In this document: piece by piece, positions 40,117 to 49,671 of the stretch | How the letters are laid out: the number at the start of each line of letters is the position of its first letter | Numbering within the stretch: position 1 is the stretch's first letter | Virus record (IMG/VR): IMGVR_UViG_3300021431_000002 | From: a virus | Taxonomy: Duplodnaviria; Heunggongvirae; Uroviricota; Caudoviricetes | DNA length: 64,000 nt | Reading direction: 5' to 3' (one strand) | The notes under the pieces: model-generated | The model's input: only the letters and a program-made list of their open reading frames with translations | Database searches by the model: none | What the model was told of the DNA's origin: nothing | Position numbers and translations under genes: made by a program

Positions 40117-40971
40117 ATGAATAGAGAACAGTTACAAAGATTAGCAAGCGAGTGGACTCGCATGGCTAAAAATGACATTAGAAACAAGGTTATCTCTTTT
40201 ATGAGAGAGGTTGATGCCAGCGAGAGAGAACTTGCTTACGTCCTAGCAATTTCTGACGGAGAGCTGAATCAAATTCTTGAGGGTAATGGAGAGATTTCAC
40301 TCTCAACATTCGCCAAACTGCTTATTGCAACTGGAAACGCTTTAGAGATTAAACCTATTGACGAAACACCAATTGGTAATTACGAGAATCTTCCTAGCGA
40401 GGAGGAATTTGAGCGTCCATTGCCACGTCCAAACATCTTTGAGCGTCCAAGACCTCAGATGAATCATCCTCAGTTCACAAGACCTAATTTTACTCGTCCA
40501 ATTGGGGAAGAGCGAGAAAACGATTTTATTCCACCGATGCCAGAAAGTCTTCGTGAGGTATTTGAGAGAAGGTTTAACAAACCGAATCGGAATGTTGAAG
40601 AGCCTAACCATGAGGTAAGACAGCCACGTGATGAACATGGTCGTTTTGCACCTCGTCAGCCAAGACAAGAGGAAGCACCTCGTCACGAGACCCCATCGTC
40701 TCCATTTGCTTCGATGGGAACTGATGAACTTGTAAAAATCATCAGAGAAAGACTTTGGGATTCTGAGATTAATCTTGCCACTGCAAGTAAAAACGATTTG
40801 GTTAAATTCCTTGACGAGAAGAACAAGAGAATGGCTGAGTTCAAGAGAATGAAGGCTCTTGAAAATGACCCAAAGGTGAATGAATTCATTGGTCGTATGA
40901 AGACCACTTTTAAAAACAATCCACATTTGCGTGATTGGGTTAAAAAAATTCTCGGTGAGGACACTGAGTAA
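40117..40971 (+). CDS. XRE-type HTH protein with low-complexity linker
   Basis: SERELAYVLAISDGELNQILEGNGEISLSTFAKL; P/R/E-rich centre. Confidence 0.65.
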   Translation: MNREQLQRLASEWTRMAKNDIRNKVISFMREVDASERELAYVLAISDGELNQILEGNGEISLSTFAKLLIATGNALEIKPIDETPIGNYENLPSEEEFERPLPRPNIFERPRPQMNHPQFTRPNFTRPIGEERENDFIPPMPESLREVFERRFNKPNRNVEEPNHEVRQPRDEHGRFAPRQPRQEEAPRHETPSSPFASMGTDELVKIIRERLWDSEINLATASKNDLVKFLDEKNKRMAEFKRMKALENDPKVNEFIGRMKTTFKNNPHLRDWVKKILGEDTE

Positions 40972-40991
40972 ATTAAAATCTATATAATTAA

Positions 40992-41025
40992 TAGGGGTGG
41001 TGTAAAAATACTACCCCTATTTTTT
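40992..41025 (+). terminator. Intrinsic terminator
   Basis: ATAGGGGTGGTG...TACTACCCCTAT followed by a T-run. Confidence 0.7.
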
Positions 41026-41069
41026 TGTTTTTTAACATTTTTTACATATATTTGCAAAAAAATGTTAAA

Positions 41070-42854
41070 ATGCCAAGAAAAAAGAAAACAGAGAATAAAC
41101 AGTATATTTGGTCAGAATACCAAAAAAAAATTTTCTCATTCATAGAACATGAGCAAGGTCACTTGGTTGTAGAAGCTTGTGCTGGTAGTGGAAAATCTAC
41201 AACATTAATTAAATGCTTAGATTTTATACCATCAAATGATAAAATTTTATTGACTGCGTTTAACACTGATATTGTAAACGAGTTAAAGAAAAAAACTAAT
41301 GGTAAAGATAACATAGACATAAAAACATTGCATGGATTGGGATTACAATTTATCAAAAGAAATTTGCCACAAGTTAGTGCAATTCCTGAACCATTTAAAT
41401 ATGATTCATACATAAAAAACAATCTGAAAGAACTGTCTTCTTTGAATACTTATACTTTGAAAGGTGGTAAATACTTTAGGTATATCGAAAACATTAAAAA
41501 ATATGTTGATTTTGGTAGATTCTATTTGTGTCAAACAGTTAAAGATTTAGATTTTATAGAAGATAGATATAATATTGATACAATTGCAGATGAGAAAGAG
41601 ATTGCAATAAATGTCATGGAATGGGGCAAAAATGCCCTAGAAACGATTGATTATACCGACATGGTATGGTTGCCCAATGCATTGTTTTTAAAGCCTCTAG
41701 GACTCTTATATGACTTTATAATGATTGATGAGGTTCAAGACATGAACAAAGCCGAAAGAGAATTGGTTCTAAAATGTTTTAAAATGGGAACTAGAATGAT
41801 GTCAGTTGGTGATGAAAAACAGTGCCTTTATTCATTTGCTGGAGCAGATTCAGACTCGTTCAAGATACTTAAATCAATGCCCAATACGACTTGTTTGCCA
41901 CTTAGTATCTCATATCGCTGTGGTAAAAAAATTGTGGATTTTGCACACAAAATAGTTAAAAATATTGAGGCAGCAGATGGCGCAATTGATGGTCAGATTT
42001 TACGAAATGTGTCTCTAGAAGATGTCCAAGATGGTGACATGATATTGTGCAGGAATAATGCACCATTAGTCCAGATATATAATGAATTTTTGAAATTAGG
42101 GAAAAAGTGTTTCATTAGAGGCAAAGAAATCGGTTCGAATCTTAAATTACTTGTCAAAAACACAAAACAAGATGAACTAAATGCCGATTGCCAAAAAGAT
42201 GGCGTGTTTGTTAGACTTTATGACGATTTATTCACATCTAGAAATAAATTAATGGAGAAATTTGGCATTGATGCTGAAACAGCAATTAATTCTCCACAAA
42301 TACAAAACAAACTAGATATGATAAATGCGCTTGAAATTTTATCTGAAGGGATTAACACGTCAGAGGAAATTATAGCCAAGATTGATGAAATATTTCCCAA
42401 GAGAGATAAAAAAAGTGGAATTTCATTGTCAACAATCCATAAGGCAAAAGGTCTTGAAGCAGAGAACGTATACATAGCTTGTGAGTCTTTAATGCCTAGC
42501 AAATCTGCGAAAAAAGACTGGGAAATTAAGCAAGAGTACAATCTAATGTATGTTGCATATACTAGAGCAAAAAAAACACTTGGTTTCATAGATGAGAAAG
42601 ATTTTGAAAAATTTAATACATCAAACCCAAACAGTATTGCGGTGCTTAATAGAATCGAAATACAAGTGAATAAAGTTTTGAATAAATCAACTAGGATTAT
42701 TATTAATGAAACAAACGCTAGAGCGATAGTTAGTAATGCGAAAAAAATAGATAAAAACATATTTACTAGTGCAACAATTAATATGAATTCGGTAGGAAGA
42801 AGAAAGATAAACTCTTTTTCTGAATTACTAAAAACTAAAAAATCTAAAAAATAA
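41070..42854 (+). CDS. UvrD/Rep-like SF1 helicase
   Basis: ACAGSGKS, IDEVQD, VGDEKQ, SYRCG, HKAKGLEA, YVAYTRA; likely start 41070. Confidence 0.92.
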   Translation: MPRKKKTENKQYIWSEYQKKIFSFIEHEQGHLVVEACAGSGKSTTLIKCLDFIPSNDKILLTAFNTDIVNELKKKTNGKDNIDIKTLHGLGLQFIKRNLPQVSAIPEPFKYDSYIKNNLKELSSLNTYTLKGGKYFRYIENIKKYVDFGRFYLCQTVKDLDFIEDRYNIDTIADEKEIAINVMEWGKNALETIDYTDMVWLPNALFLKPLGLLYDFIMIDEVQDMNKAERELVLKCFKMGTRMMSVGDEKQCLYSFAGADSDSFKILKSMPNTTCLPLSISYRCGKKIVDFAHKIVKNIEAADGAIDGQILRNVSLEDVQDGDMILCRNNAPLVQIYNEFLKLGKKCFIRGKEIGSNLKLLVKNTKQDELNADCQKDGVFVRLYDDLFTSRNKLMEKFGIDAETAINSPQIQNKLDMINALEILSEGINTSEEIIAKIDEIFPKRDKKSGISLSTIHKAKGLEAENVYIACESLMPSKSAKKDWEIKQEYNLMYVAYTRAKKTLGFIDEKDFEKFNTSNPNSIAVLNRIEIQVNKVLNKSTRIIINETNARAIVSNAKKIDKNIFTSATINMNSVGRRKINSFSELLKTKKSKK

Positions 42855-42857
42855 ATC

Positions 42858-43160
42858 ATGAACACAAACAAAGTAAAAAAAATAATCAAAATGAGCACCA
42901 CTTGGTGTGGTCCTTGTAGGGCATATGCGCCAACATTCCATAAAGTTAAAGATATGGATGAGTTTAAAGATATTGAATTTAAAGAAATTGATATTGAAAA
43001 TGATGAAAATGGTGATGTACTAGCAGAAAAATATCAGATTAGGTCAGTACCAACAACGATTCTATTAGATGAAAACGATGAACTTATATACAAAGTAATG
43101 GGTAACATTCCATTAAATGAGTTAACAAATATAATAAATGAGGCGTTAAAAGATAGATAA
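42858..43160 (+). CDS. Thioredoxin
   Basis: WCGPC and IRSVPT. Confidence 0.92.
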   Translation: MNTNKVKKIIKMSTTWCGPCRAYAPTFHKVKDMDEFKDIEFKEIDIENDENGDVLAEKYQIRSVPTTILLDENDELIYKVMGNIPLNELTNIINEALKDR

Positions 43161-43161
43161 T

Positions 43162-44025
43162 ATGATAATTGGTTTCGCTGGAAGATGTAGGAGTGGAAAA
43201 ACTGTTTTATCTGAAGTGTGCGAGAAATATGGGTATCAACGTTTATCTTTTGCTCTTCCACTAAAACAACTTTGTGCTGATATACTAGATATTTCAATTG
43301 ATGAATTAAATCGAGCAAAAAATGAAAACATACCAATAGAAATTACAATTGGTAAAGACGTTTGTGAAATTTTATCTGAAGAAACAAACATACCAATTGA
43401 AACAACAACTGAGATATGTGATGGAAAATATCTGCACACCGTGAGAGATATGCTACAATTCATAGGAACTGATTATATACGAAAATATAATTCTGATTGG
43501 CATGTCAATAGAATCAGAGAAATGATTGAAGACAATGTGAACTACGTGATAGATGATGTCAGGTTCCCAAATGAAAAACGGATGATTGAAGAACTAGGCG
43601 GGGATTGCTGGTTCGTAACACGAACAACTTTAGATAATGTATCTAATCACGAGTCAGAAACTTCGATAACTTGGAAAGATTGTATGAATAAAGTAATAAT
43701 CAATGATTCAACATTAAATGAGTTACTTTTCAAATGGGAAATATTCATGGATAACTATACACGCTCTTGCGTGATTAGGGATGAAGAATTTAATAAAATA
43801 TTGGAGAATGGACTTAATGAAAACATATCTTCTTTATCTGTCTTGAGCGTATTAATGCTATCTCCGTCATTGTTTGATTACTGCCCAAAAGACATTGAGA
43901 AAAACAGCGTAGATTCAATTACTATGAATGAAGATAAAAGTGTGTTTATAAAATATATTGATGGGAGCATTGAAATGGTAGACCATCCACTTATAATTGA
44001 AGATTTAAAAATATATGTCAGCTAA
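43162..44025 (+). CDS. Deoxynucleoside monophosphate kinase
   Basis: GRCRSGKT, FALPLK, RDMLQFIGTD, DDVRFPNE, HESE. Confidence 0.88.
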   Translation: MIIGFAGRCRSGKTVLSEVCEKYGYQRLSFALPLKQLCADILDISIDELNRAKNENIPIEITIGKDVCEILSEETNIPIETTTEICDGKYLHTVRDMLQFIGTDYIRKYNSDWHVNRIREMIEDNVNYVIDDVRFPNEKRMIEELGGDCWFVTRTTLDNVSNHESETSITWKDCMNKVIINDSTLNELLFKWEIFMDNYTRSCVIRDEEFNKILENGLNENISSLSVLSVLMLSPSLFDYCPKDIEKNSVDSITMNEDKSVFIKYIDGSIEMVDHPLIIEDLKIYVS

Positions 44026-44635
44026 AGTAGATGTAAAATATAAAGATGGCTCTAAAATATTCTTTGTGAGTGATACCCACTTTGGTCATGGAAACATAAT
44101 CAAATTCTGTGACCGTCCTTTCAAAAATGTGGAGGAAATGGATAAAGCACTAATCGAAAATTGGAACAATAAAGTTCCTACTGATGGGTTAGTATTCCAC
44201 CTTGGAGATTTTGGATGGGGTGGGTATCAAGAATACAAAAAAATAAGAGAGCAATTGAACGGTAAAATCATACTGATTAAAGGGAATCATGATTTTAAAA
44301 ATGGTTGTCAGTCGGAAGCACAATATAATGAACTGTTTGAGTTCACAACCCAGCAACTGTTAATAGAAATTGAAGGTAGAAAAATCTACCTTAATCATGT
44401 GCCTTTTCTTTGTTATGGTGGAACATACCGTGACCCCAAAGGTTTAGTATATCAACTTTTCGGCCACGTACACTCTGGTCCTGGAAAAAAAGGAGAAGAC
44501 TTAGTTAGATTAAAATATCTATTCCCGACACAGTATGATGTAGGGGTCGATAACAATGATTATACTCCAATTTCTTGGCATGAAGTAGAAGAGAAAATAG
44601 GCAAGCAACTATTGAAAAGTAAGTATAGTAAATGA
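44015..44635 (+). CDS. Calcineurin-like metallophosphoesterase
   Basis: SDTHFGH, LGDF, GNHD, GHVH, DVGVD. Confidence 0.9.
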   Translation: MSAKVDVKYKDGSKIFFVSDTHFGHGNIIKFCDRPFKNVEEMDKALIENWNNKVPTDGLVFHLGDFGWGGYQEYKKIREQLNGKIILIKGNHDFKNGCQSEAQYNELFEFTTQQLLIEIEGRKIYLNHVPFLCYGGTYRDPKGLVYQLFGHVHSGPGKKGEDLVRLKYLFPTQYDVGVDNNDYTPISWHEVEEKIGKQLLKSKYSK

Positions 44636-45042
44636 AAAAAATTCACGCAAAAAGAGTTAGAAGACAAACCATATGCCTAGAGTTTGTAAAATTCCTTAAA
44701 ATGATGAACATATATGGAAGTTATAGGTATTTTTTTGCTAAAAACATAGATAAAGAGTTTCCACAAATTGATAAATTCTATTATTTTTGGGGAAATCTAG
44801 TTTATTTGATGAAAACACGCAAAGATAGAAACTGTAAACGTTCCATTTTAAGAGAATTTTATTATGAATTACTACATTATAATAAATTGTATAAAGAGAC
44901 AATTGATGTTGTTTTTTTCAGATGGGTGGAAATATATGATAATGGAAAAGACTATAACATATCAAAAATAAAACTATACAAAGAACTCTTCTGGCTCTAT
45001 TTGTGTGATAAAGGTTATGATATGTCAATTTTAATAAATTAA
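44632..45042 (+). CDS. Hypothetical protein (FxxFLK family)
   Basis: LEFVKFLKMMNIYGSY. Confidence 0.55.
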   Translation: MKKIHAKRVRRQTICLEFVKFLKMMNIYGSYRYFFAKNIDKEFPQIDKFYYFWGNLVYLMKTRKDRNCKRSILREFYYELLHYNKLYKETIDVVFFRWVEIYDNGKDYNISKIKLYKELFWLYLCDKGYDMSILIN

Positions 45043-45044
45043 AA

Positions 45045-45557
45045 ATGGCAAGTATTGACTCACGTTTTGTACATTATGACATGCATTACCGCAGAATGAT
45101 TGGAAACTATGATATAGCTCCACTTGAAGCTTTTGAAGTGTTTATGAAGTTCTTGAGAGAATTTAAATTTATTGGAACTTTTCACTACTATTTGAATCAA
45201 AAATATGGAAGTTTCTCACAATATTATAAAAAATATTTTTTGAAAAGAATCGTCCATTACCAATCATATTCTGACAATAGTCACAGATGTTTTCGTGGAA
45301 AATGTGTATACAACTGGTTTGAAGATACCTTTCTTCTGTTCCCTTTCGCATATAATGATAAAGGCGTTTTTATACCATACTGTATATCTTATGCTAGGAT
45401 TATGTACTTAAAAGAATTTTGGTATCTTTATTGCCAAGAAAATAAAATAACTGATTCAATAATTTTAGTAGATAAGAAGGAAAACGATGAAAAATATATT
45501 GGTAATACCAGATGTTCATGGGAGGTCATTTTGGAAGAATGCGGTTTCAGAATTTGA
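45045..45557 (+). CDS. Hypothetical protein (FxxFLK family)
   Basis: FEVFMKFLREFKFIGTF. Confidence 0.5.
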   Translation: MASIDSRFVHYDMHYRRMIGNYDIAPLEAFEVFMKFLREFKFIGTFHYYLNQKYGSFSQYYKKYFLKRIVHYQSYSDNSHRCFRGKCVYNWFEDTFLLFPFAYNDKGVFIPYCISYARIMYLKEFWYLYCQENKITDSIILVDKKENDEKYIGNTRCSWEVILEECGFRI

Positions 45558-46275
45558 AAATAAAGTAGCAAAAATTATATTCTTAGGCGATTACCTAGAC
45601 CCATACGAATATGAGGGCATAACAAGGAAAGAGGCAATAAACAACTTTGAAGAAATAATTGCTTATAAAATAAACAATAAAGATAAAGTTGTTCTATTGC
45701 TAGGAAACCATGATATGCAATATTTCTCAAAAGAATTTCATACTAGGTCAAGATATGACTCAAGCAATGCTTGGCATATTGCAAATGACTTCAAAACGCA
45801 CAGAAGCCTATTTAAACTTGCGCATGAAGAAGACATCAATGGAAAGAAATTCTTGTTTTCTCACTCTGGGCTTATGAATTCGTGGATTAAAAGGAATGAA
45901 AATGTCATAGGTGATATAACAGTCGCAAGCATAAATCATTTGTTGGAAATCCCACTTGGAATTAGAATATTAACAGATGTTTCTAGTTATAGGTCTTGGT
46001 TTGGAGAAAAAAGTGGTAGCATCGTATGGTCAGACGTTAGAGAGAAAATAGATATGAATACATCAGATGAGAATGATATAATCTCCAATACTGACGCTAT
46101 TGTTGAAGGATATGATTATCAAATATTTGGGCATACACAGCAAAACGAAAAGCCAATTATAACAGATAACTGGGCTTGTTTAGATTGTAGAAAAGCTTTT
46201 ATTCTTGACGATGATGGCGTTCTAAGAGAGATAGATAAGGAAATACAAAATTCTCACATTGATAAAACGGAATAA
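45487..46275 (+). CDS. Calcineurin-like metallophosphoesterase
   Basis: PDVHG, GDYLD, GNHD, HSG, GHTQ. Confidence 0.9.
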   Translation: MKNILVIPDVHGRSFWKNAVSEFENKVAKIIFLGDYLDPYEYEGITRKEAINNFEEIIAYKINNKDKVVLLLGNHDMQYFSKEFHTRSRYDSSNAWHIANDFKTHRSLFKLAHEEDINGKKFLFSHSGLMNSWIKRNENVIGDITVASINHLLEIPLGIRILTDVSSYRSWFGEKSGSIVWSDVREKIDMNTSDENDIISNTDAIVEGYDYQIFGHTQQNEKPIITDNWACLDCRKAFILDDDGVLREIDKEIQNSHIDKTE

Positions 46276-46277
46276 TT

Positions 46278-46499
46278 ATGCTAGGAATTGATGACGATGA
46301 ACCTATCATCATTGAAGGTGAATATGCGCTTGCAATGATGGAAGAATTAAAAAATGCACATGGTCTTAATGAAAAACAAGAAAAATTCTATCGAGAATTG
46401 AAAAAAGATATAAGGAATAAAATTAAATGTAACTTAACCTTTATAAAAGTACACAAAAATGAAGATGTCAAAGCCAACAAAGAGCACAGAACAATATAA
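46278..46499 (+). CDS. Hypothetical protein
   Basis: Short co-oriented ORF. Confidence 0.45.
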   Translation: MLGIDDDEPIIIEGEYALAMMEELKNAHGLNEKQEKFYRELKKDIRNKIKCNLTFIKVHKNEDVKANKEHRTI

Positions 46500-46716
46500 A
46501 ATTCTGAGAATGCTTAGTAGAAATGACCAGTTTGAAAGAAACGGTGGCGGTCAGTTTGTTTCAATGAACCGTGTCTATAAAGACAAAAGTAAATATAACA
46601 GAAATGACAAAAAGAAAGAGTTGAGAAACAATCTCAACTCTTATTTTTTTAATTTTTTGACCACTTCTTTGCATTTTGAGCAAATATGGCCCTTTTCCTT
46701 GTTAGTGGATTTTTAG
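46459..46716 (+). CDS. Small basic protein
   Basis: GGGQFVSMNRVYKDKSKYNR; the 3' end overlaps the convergent gene. Confidence 0.45.
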   Translation: MKMSKPTKSTEQYKILRMLSRNDQFERNGGGQFVSMNRVYKDKSKYNRNDKKKELRNNLNSYFFNFLTTSLHFEQIWPFSLLVDF

Positions 46717-48391
46717 AATGTGTAAGCTCTTCGGTTGATTTACCCGTCGCTTTTTTGGTTGCAGTAAACTTTCCTTTGTTTTTAGGGTCAATATCAATCG
46801 ACTCATCAACCTCTTTTCCCATTTGTTTCAAAAGTTTTTTCTCCCTTTCTCCAAAACTACCTTTTGCTGGTTTCTGTTTACGTATTGGCTGACTTCTATG
46901 CCCATAAGTAGATTTTATGAAACCTTTAGTGCTGGCTTGTTTTTGAGTATACTCTTGTATCAAACTGATTGCAGCCTCTTTAACCGCTTGTTTAAGTTCG
47001 CTTTCAGAAAGTTTTAGAATTTTAGATTCATTAAACTTATATGGGTCGTATGAAAAATCAGCATCTTCCAAATCATCCAAATCTCTTTTGCCATCAACCC
47101 ATTTGTTCATTAAACGATTTCCCCTCTCGTTATCTCTGTCAGTCCAATAAGCTGCATGGTCTCTTCGATTCTGAGCAGCATCCATTATATCATGCTGACG
47201 GTCAACTGGAGATTTTCCAACATTATTCATTCTATGATACAAACCCCAAGAATAATCATTCTCCATGTCTTTATCCCCATCCATCCATTCATCATCGTCC
47301 CAACTGTTTGGTGGATTAAATGGATTGTCTAAATAATCGCCATTTGCCGCAGAATCAGCTAATGCCAATTCTTCATCACTAGGTTCACTTTTGTTCCATC
47401 TTCCACTGAAATTATCAATATCATAATTTAATGGGGTTTCAGATAATATCTTCATCGCAGCCTCTTTAACTACTTGTTTAAGTTCTGCTTCTGTCAAACT
47501 CATTTGTTTGTTCATGTTTTTGCTTTCTAATACATTATTCTGTTTAGGCCATAAAACCATACAAGTATCATAGCTTGAAAATGGGTCAGAGACAGTGCCA
47601 GCTGCCATACATTTAATGTATCCGCTAATAGCCATACCATCATCAAACATAATTTTTATCGCATACTGCTTTGAACGTGGCATGTGGTCGTATTCGTCAT
47701 AATCAGTATAACCGCCATCAGATTCTATGCTGTCAGCATTGTTTAAACTAGCGCAAGGCTTCATTTCAACCTCGCACCCTAAAGATGTAATTGCTCTATA
47801 ATAGTCTTCAATTGCTTGCCAATTCTCATCACTATATTTTCTAGAATCAATACCGTATTTCTTAACAATTCTATATATCTGGTTAATTCTAGCTTTGATT
47901 GATTTAGGTCTTCTGCCAATAAATTTCTCAACATCAACAGTGTTTGATAAATTCTTAGGTCTAGATTCATTAATCTTGTCTCTTAACCTCATTTTCAATT
48001 CCTCTTTCAGAGTAAAATTAACAAGATATAACTTTCGCTGCATGTCACTTAAAAAACTTTCGCAGTCACTTCTCATGCCAATATATTTATCACCCTTTTC
48101 TCCAAGTTTTTTATAAAAATCATTGGTGCAATCAATTACAGATTCCACAAATTCCTTTAACGTGCCAACTTCTCCAAATTCTTGATTCGTTGGCTTGAAC
48201 ATTTCTTTTGGTAACTTGCCACTTATTGATTGTTCGACTTCAGATACTTGGTCTTGAAAATCTGCAATCCTTTCAGCTATATCATCACACAATTCATGCT
48301 GGGATAGAGAGTTAGCGTCCCAGTGTAATGCTTTGATTTTAGTCTTAAATATCTCAAGTTTTTCAACAAAAGCCAATACTGTTTTATCCAT
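46649..48391 (-). CDS. Polyprotein: ferritin/Dps-like domain, further modules, two internal LTE/LSE leaders, basic C-terminal peptide
   Basis: KALHWDA..SQHELCD....D...E four-helix motif; SLTEAELKQVVKEAAMKILSE; KLSESELKQAVKEAAISLIQE; VDES-IDIDPKNKGKFT...RKRAIFAQNAKKW. Confidence 0.7.
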   Translation of the reverse strand: MDKTVLAFVEKLEIFKTKIKALHWDANSLSQHELCDDIAERIADFQDQVSEVEQSISGKLPKEMFKPTNQEFGEVGTLKEFVESVIDCTNDFYKKLGEKGDKYIGMRSDCESFLSDMQRKLYLVNFTLKEELKMRLRDKINESRPKNLSNTVDVEKFIGRRPKSIKARINQIYRIVKKYGIDSRKYSDENWQAIEDYYRAITSLGCEVEMKPCASLNNADSIESDGGYTDYDEYDHMPRSKQYAIKIMFDDGMAISGYIKCMAAGTVSDPFSSYDTCMVLWPKQNNVLESKNMNKQMSLTEAELKQVVKEAAMKILSETPLNYDIDNFSGRWNKSEPSDEELALADSAANGDYLDNPFNPPNSWDDDEWMDGDKDMENDYSWGLYHRMNNVGKSPVDRQHDIMDAAQNRRDHAAYWTDRDNERGNRLMNKWVDGKRDLDDLEDADFSYDPYKFNESKILKLSESELKQAVKEAAISLIQEYTQKQASTKGFIKSTYGHRSQPIRKQKPAKGSFGEREKKLLKQMGKEVDESIDIDPKNKGKFTATKKATGKSTEELTHSKNPLTRKRAIFAQNAKKWSKN

Positions 48392-48405
48392 AACTTAAAT
48401 TATAT

Positions 48406-48816
48406 TTATTCATTTTCTAAATTATCATCCAAAGAACCATCGCCTTCCATATCAACTATCTGGTCTTTTTTCTTTCTTCTCCTTCTTCTTTCAGCCTTAT
48501 AGTCCTCAATGTCCTCTTCAGCCTCAATCTGCATCTTCTCGTTTTCAACCCAAGAACGAGTTTTCATCCTCGAATCAACATAAGCCTTTGGCACACCACT
48601 TCCTAGAATGTATGCCCCACTTGCCATTAATAACATTGCCATGTCACCCATATCAGTATCTATTTTACCATCATAAGTGACATCATATATCAGCACGAAA
48701 CACATAACCAAACCAACAATAACACCAATTAATGCAGATGCCAATAATGTTATACTATTGACACTCATTGATGATTTGTCATCAATTGACTCTTTTATGT
48801 TTCTTATTATACTCAT
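48406..48816 (-). CDS. Two-TM membrane protein, holin-like
   Basis: Two hydrophobic segments and a charged C-tail; TATTTATA upstream. Confidence 0.5.
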   Translation of the reverse strand: MSIIRNIKESIDDKSSMSVNSITLLASALIGVIVGLVMCFVLIYDVTYDGKIDTDMGDMAMLLMASGAYILGSGVPKAYVDSRMKTRSWVENEKMQIEAEEDIEDYKAERRRRRKKKDQIVDMEGDGSLDDNLENE

Positions 48817-48891
48817 ATTATATAAATATTAAAAATGCTTAAAATATTTGTATTTACACTAAATAAAAGATATATTTGCATTAAAAAATAT

Positions 48892-49200
48892 ATGGAGCAC
48901 AAAAATGTATTACAAGCTAAAAAGGAACTATTACGGTTTTTAAAGAAAAAAAAGATAGTTGCCACATATACTTATACCATTTATAACCATGAATATAATA
49001 TGAATGAGGTAAAAAATATATTCAAAAAATTAGAATATGCAAACACAAATAATGAAATTGCGAGGTGTTATATTGGATTGATTGGCAACATACGTGCAAA
49101 TAGCCATATAATAGATACACAATATTGGAATAACGAAACATTATATAATGCCTATCTAGAATGGAAACAATATATCTGCAAAAAATTTCACGTTAATTAA
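48892..49200 (+). CDS. Hypothetical protein (FxxFLK family)
   Basis: Likely start MEHKNV after the promoter; KELLRFLKKKK. Confidence 0.55.
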   Translation: MEHKNVLQAKKELLRFLKKKKIVATYTYTIYNHEYNMNEVKNIFKKLEYANTNNEIARCYIGLIGNIRANSHIIDTQYWNNETLYNAYLEWKQYICKKFHVN

Positions 49201-49206
49201 AATGAT

Positions 49207-49671
49207 ATGATAGTAGAAAGAAGCATTGAACCGTATACAAGAAAACTAGTTAAGGAAAACAAGAACCTAATGTATATCTTCACCGATAATACTGATAGGG
49301 ATAGCGGAAAATCTGTTATCCCCAATTCCTCATGGTATTCACAGAAATATGGCGAAGGCAAACATTATCCATCAATGACAACCGCACTTATAAGAGGATT
49401 AGATAATGCATATCCAATAACAACACAACATTGGTACAATGCACAGCATAAAGGAATAACTGGACGTTGGAATGATGAAGATTTTGAAGAATTTAAAAAA
49501 GTAATTGATGACGATTTTGAAAATATATATCAGAATTGTAAGAAATACGAAAAAATAATATTTCCAATAGGAGGAATTTTTAATTCAAAAATATCGCAAT
49601 TAAATAAGGTACGAACACCAAAACTGTATTCGTACCTTATGGAAAAATGTAAAACACTTCTAACAATTTAA
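49207..49671 (+). CDS. Hypothetical protein, possibly macro-like fold
   Basis: YIFTDN...ALIRGLDNAYPITT...IIFPIGGI. Confidence 0.5.
   Translation: MIVERSIEPYTRKLVKENKNLMYIFTDNTDRDSGKSVIPNSSWYSQKYGEGKHYPSMTTALIRGLDNAYPITTQHWYNAQHKGITGRWNDEDFEEFKKVIDDDFENIYQNCKKYEKIIFPIGGIFNSKISQLNKVRTPKLYSYLMEKCKTLLTI

Noticed and set aside
30935-42901. Minus-strand ORFs over clpC, thg1, the HTH gene and UvrD
   Set aside because: Antisense shadows with no independent signals.
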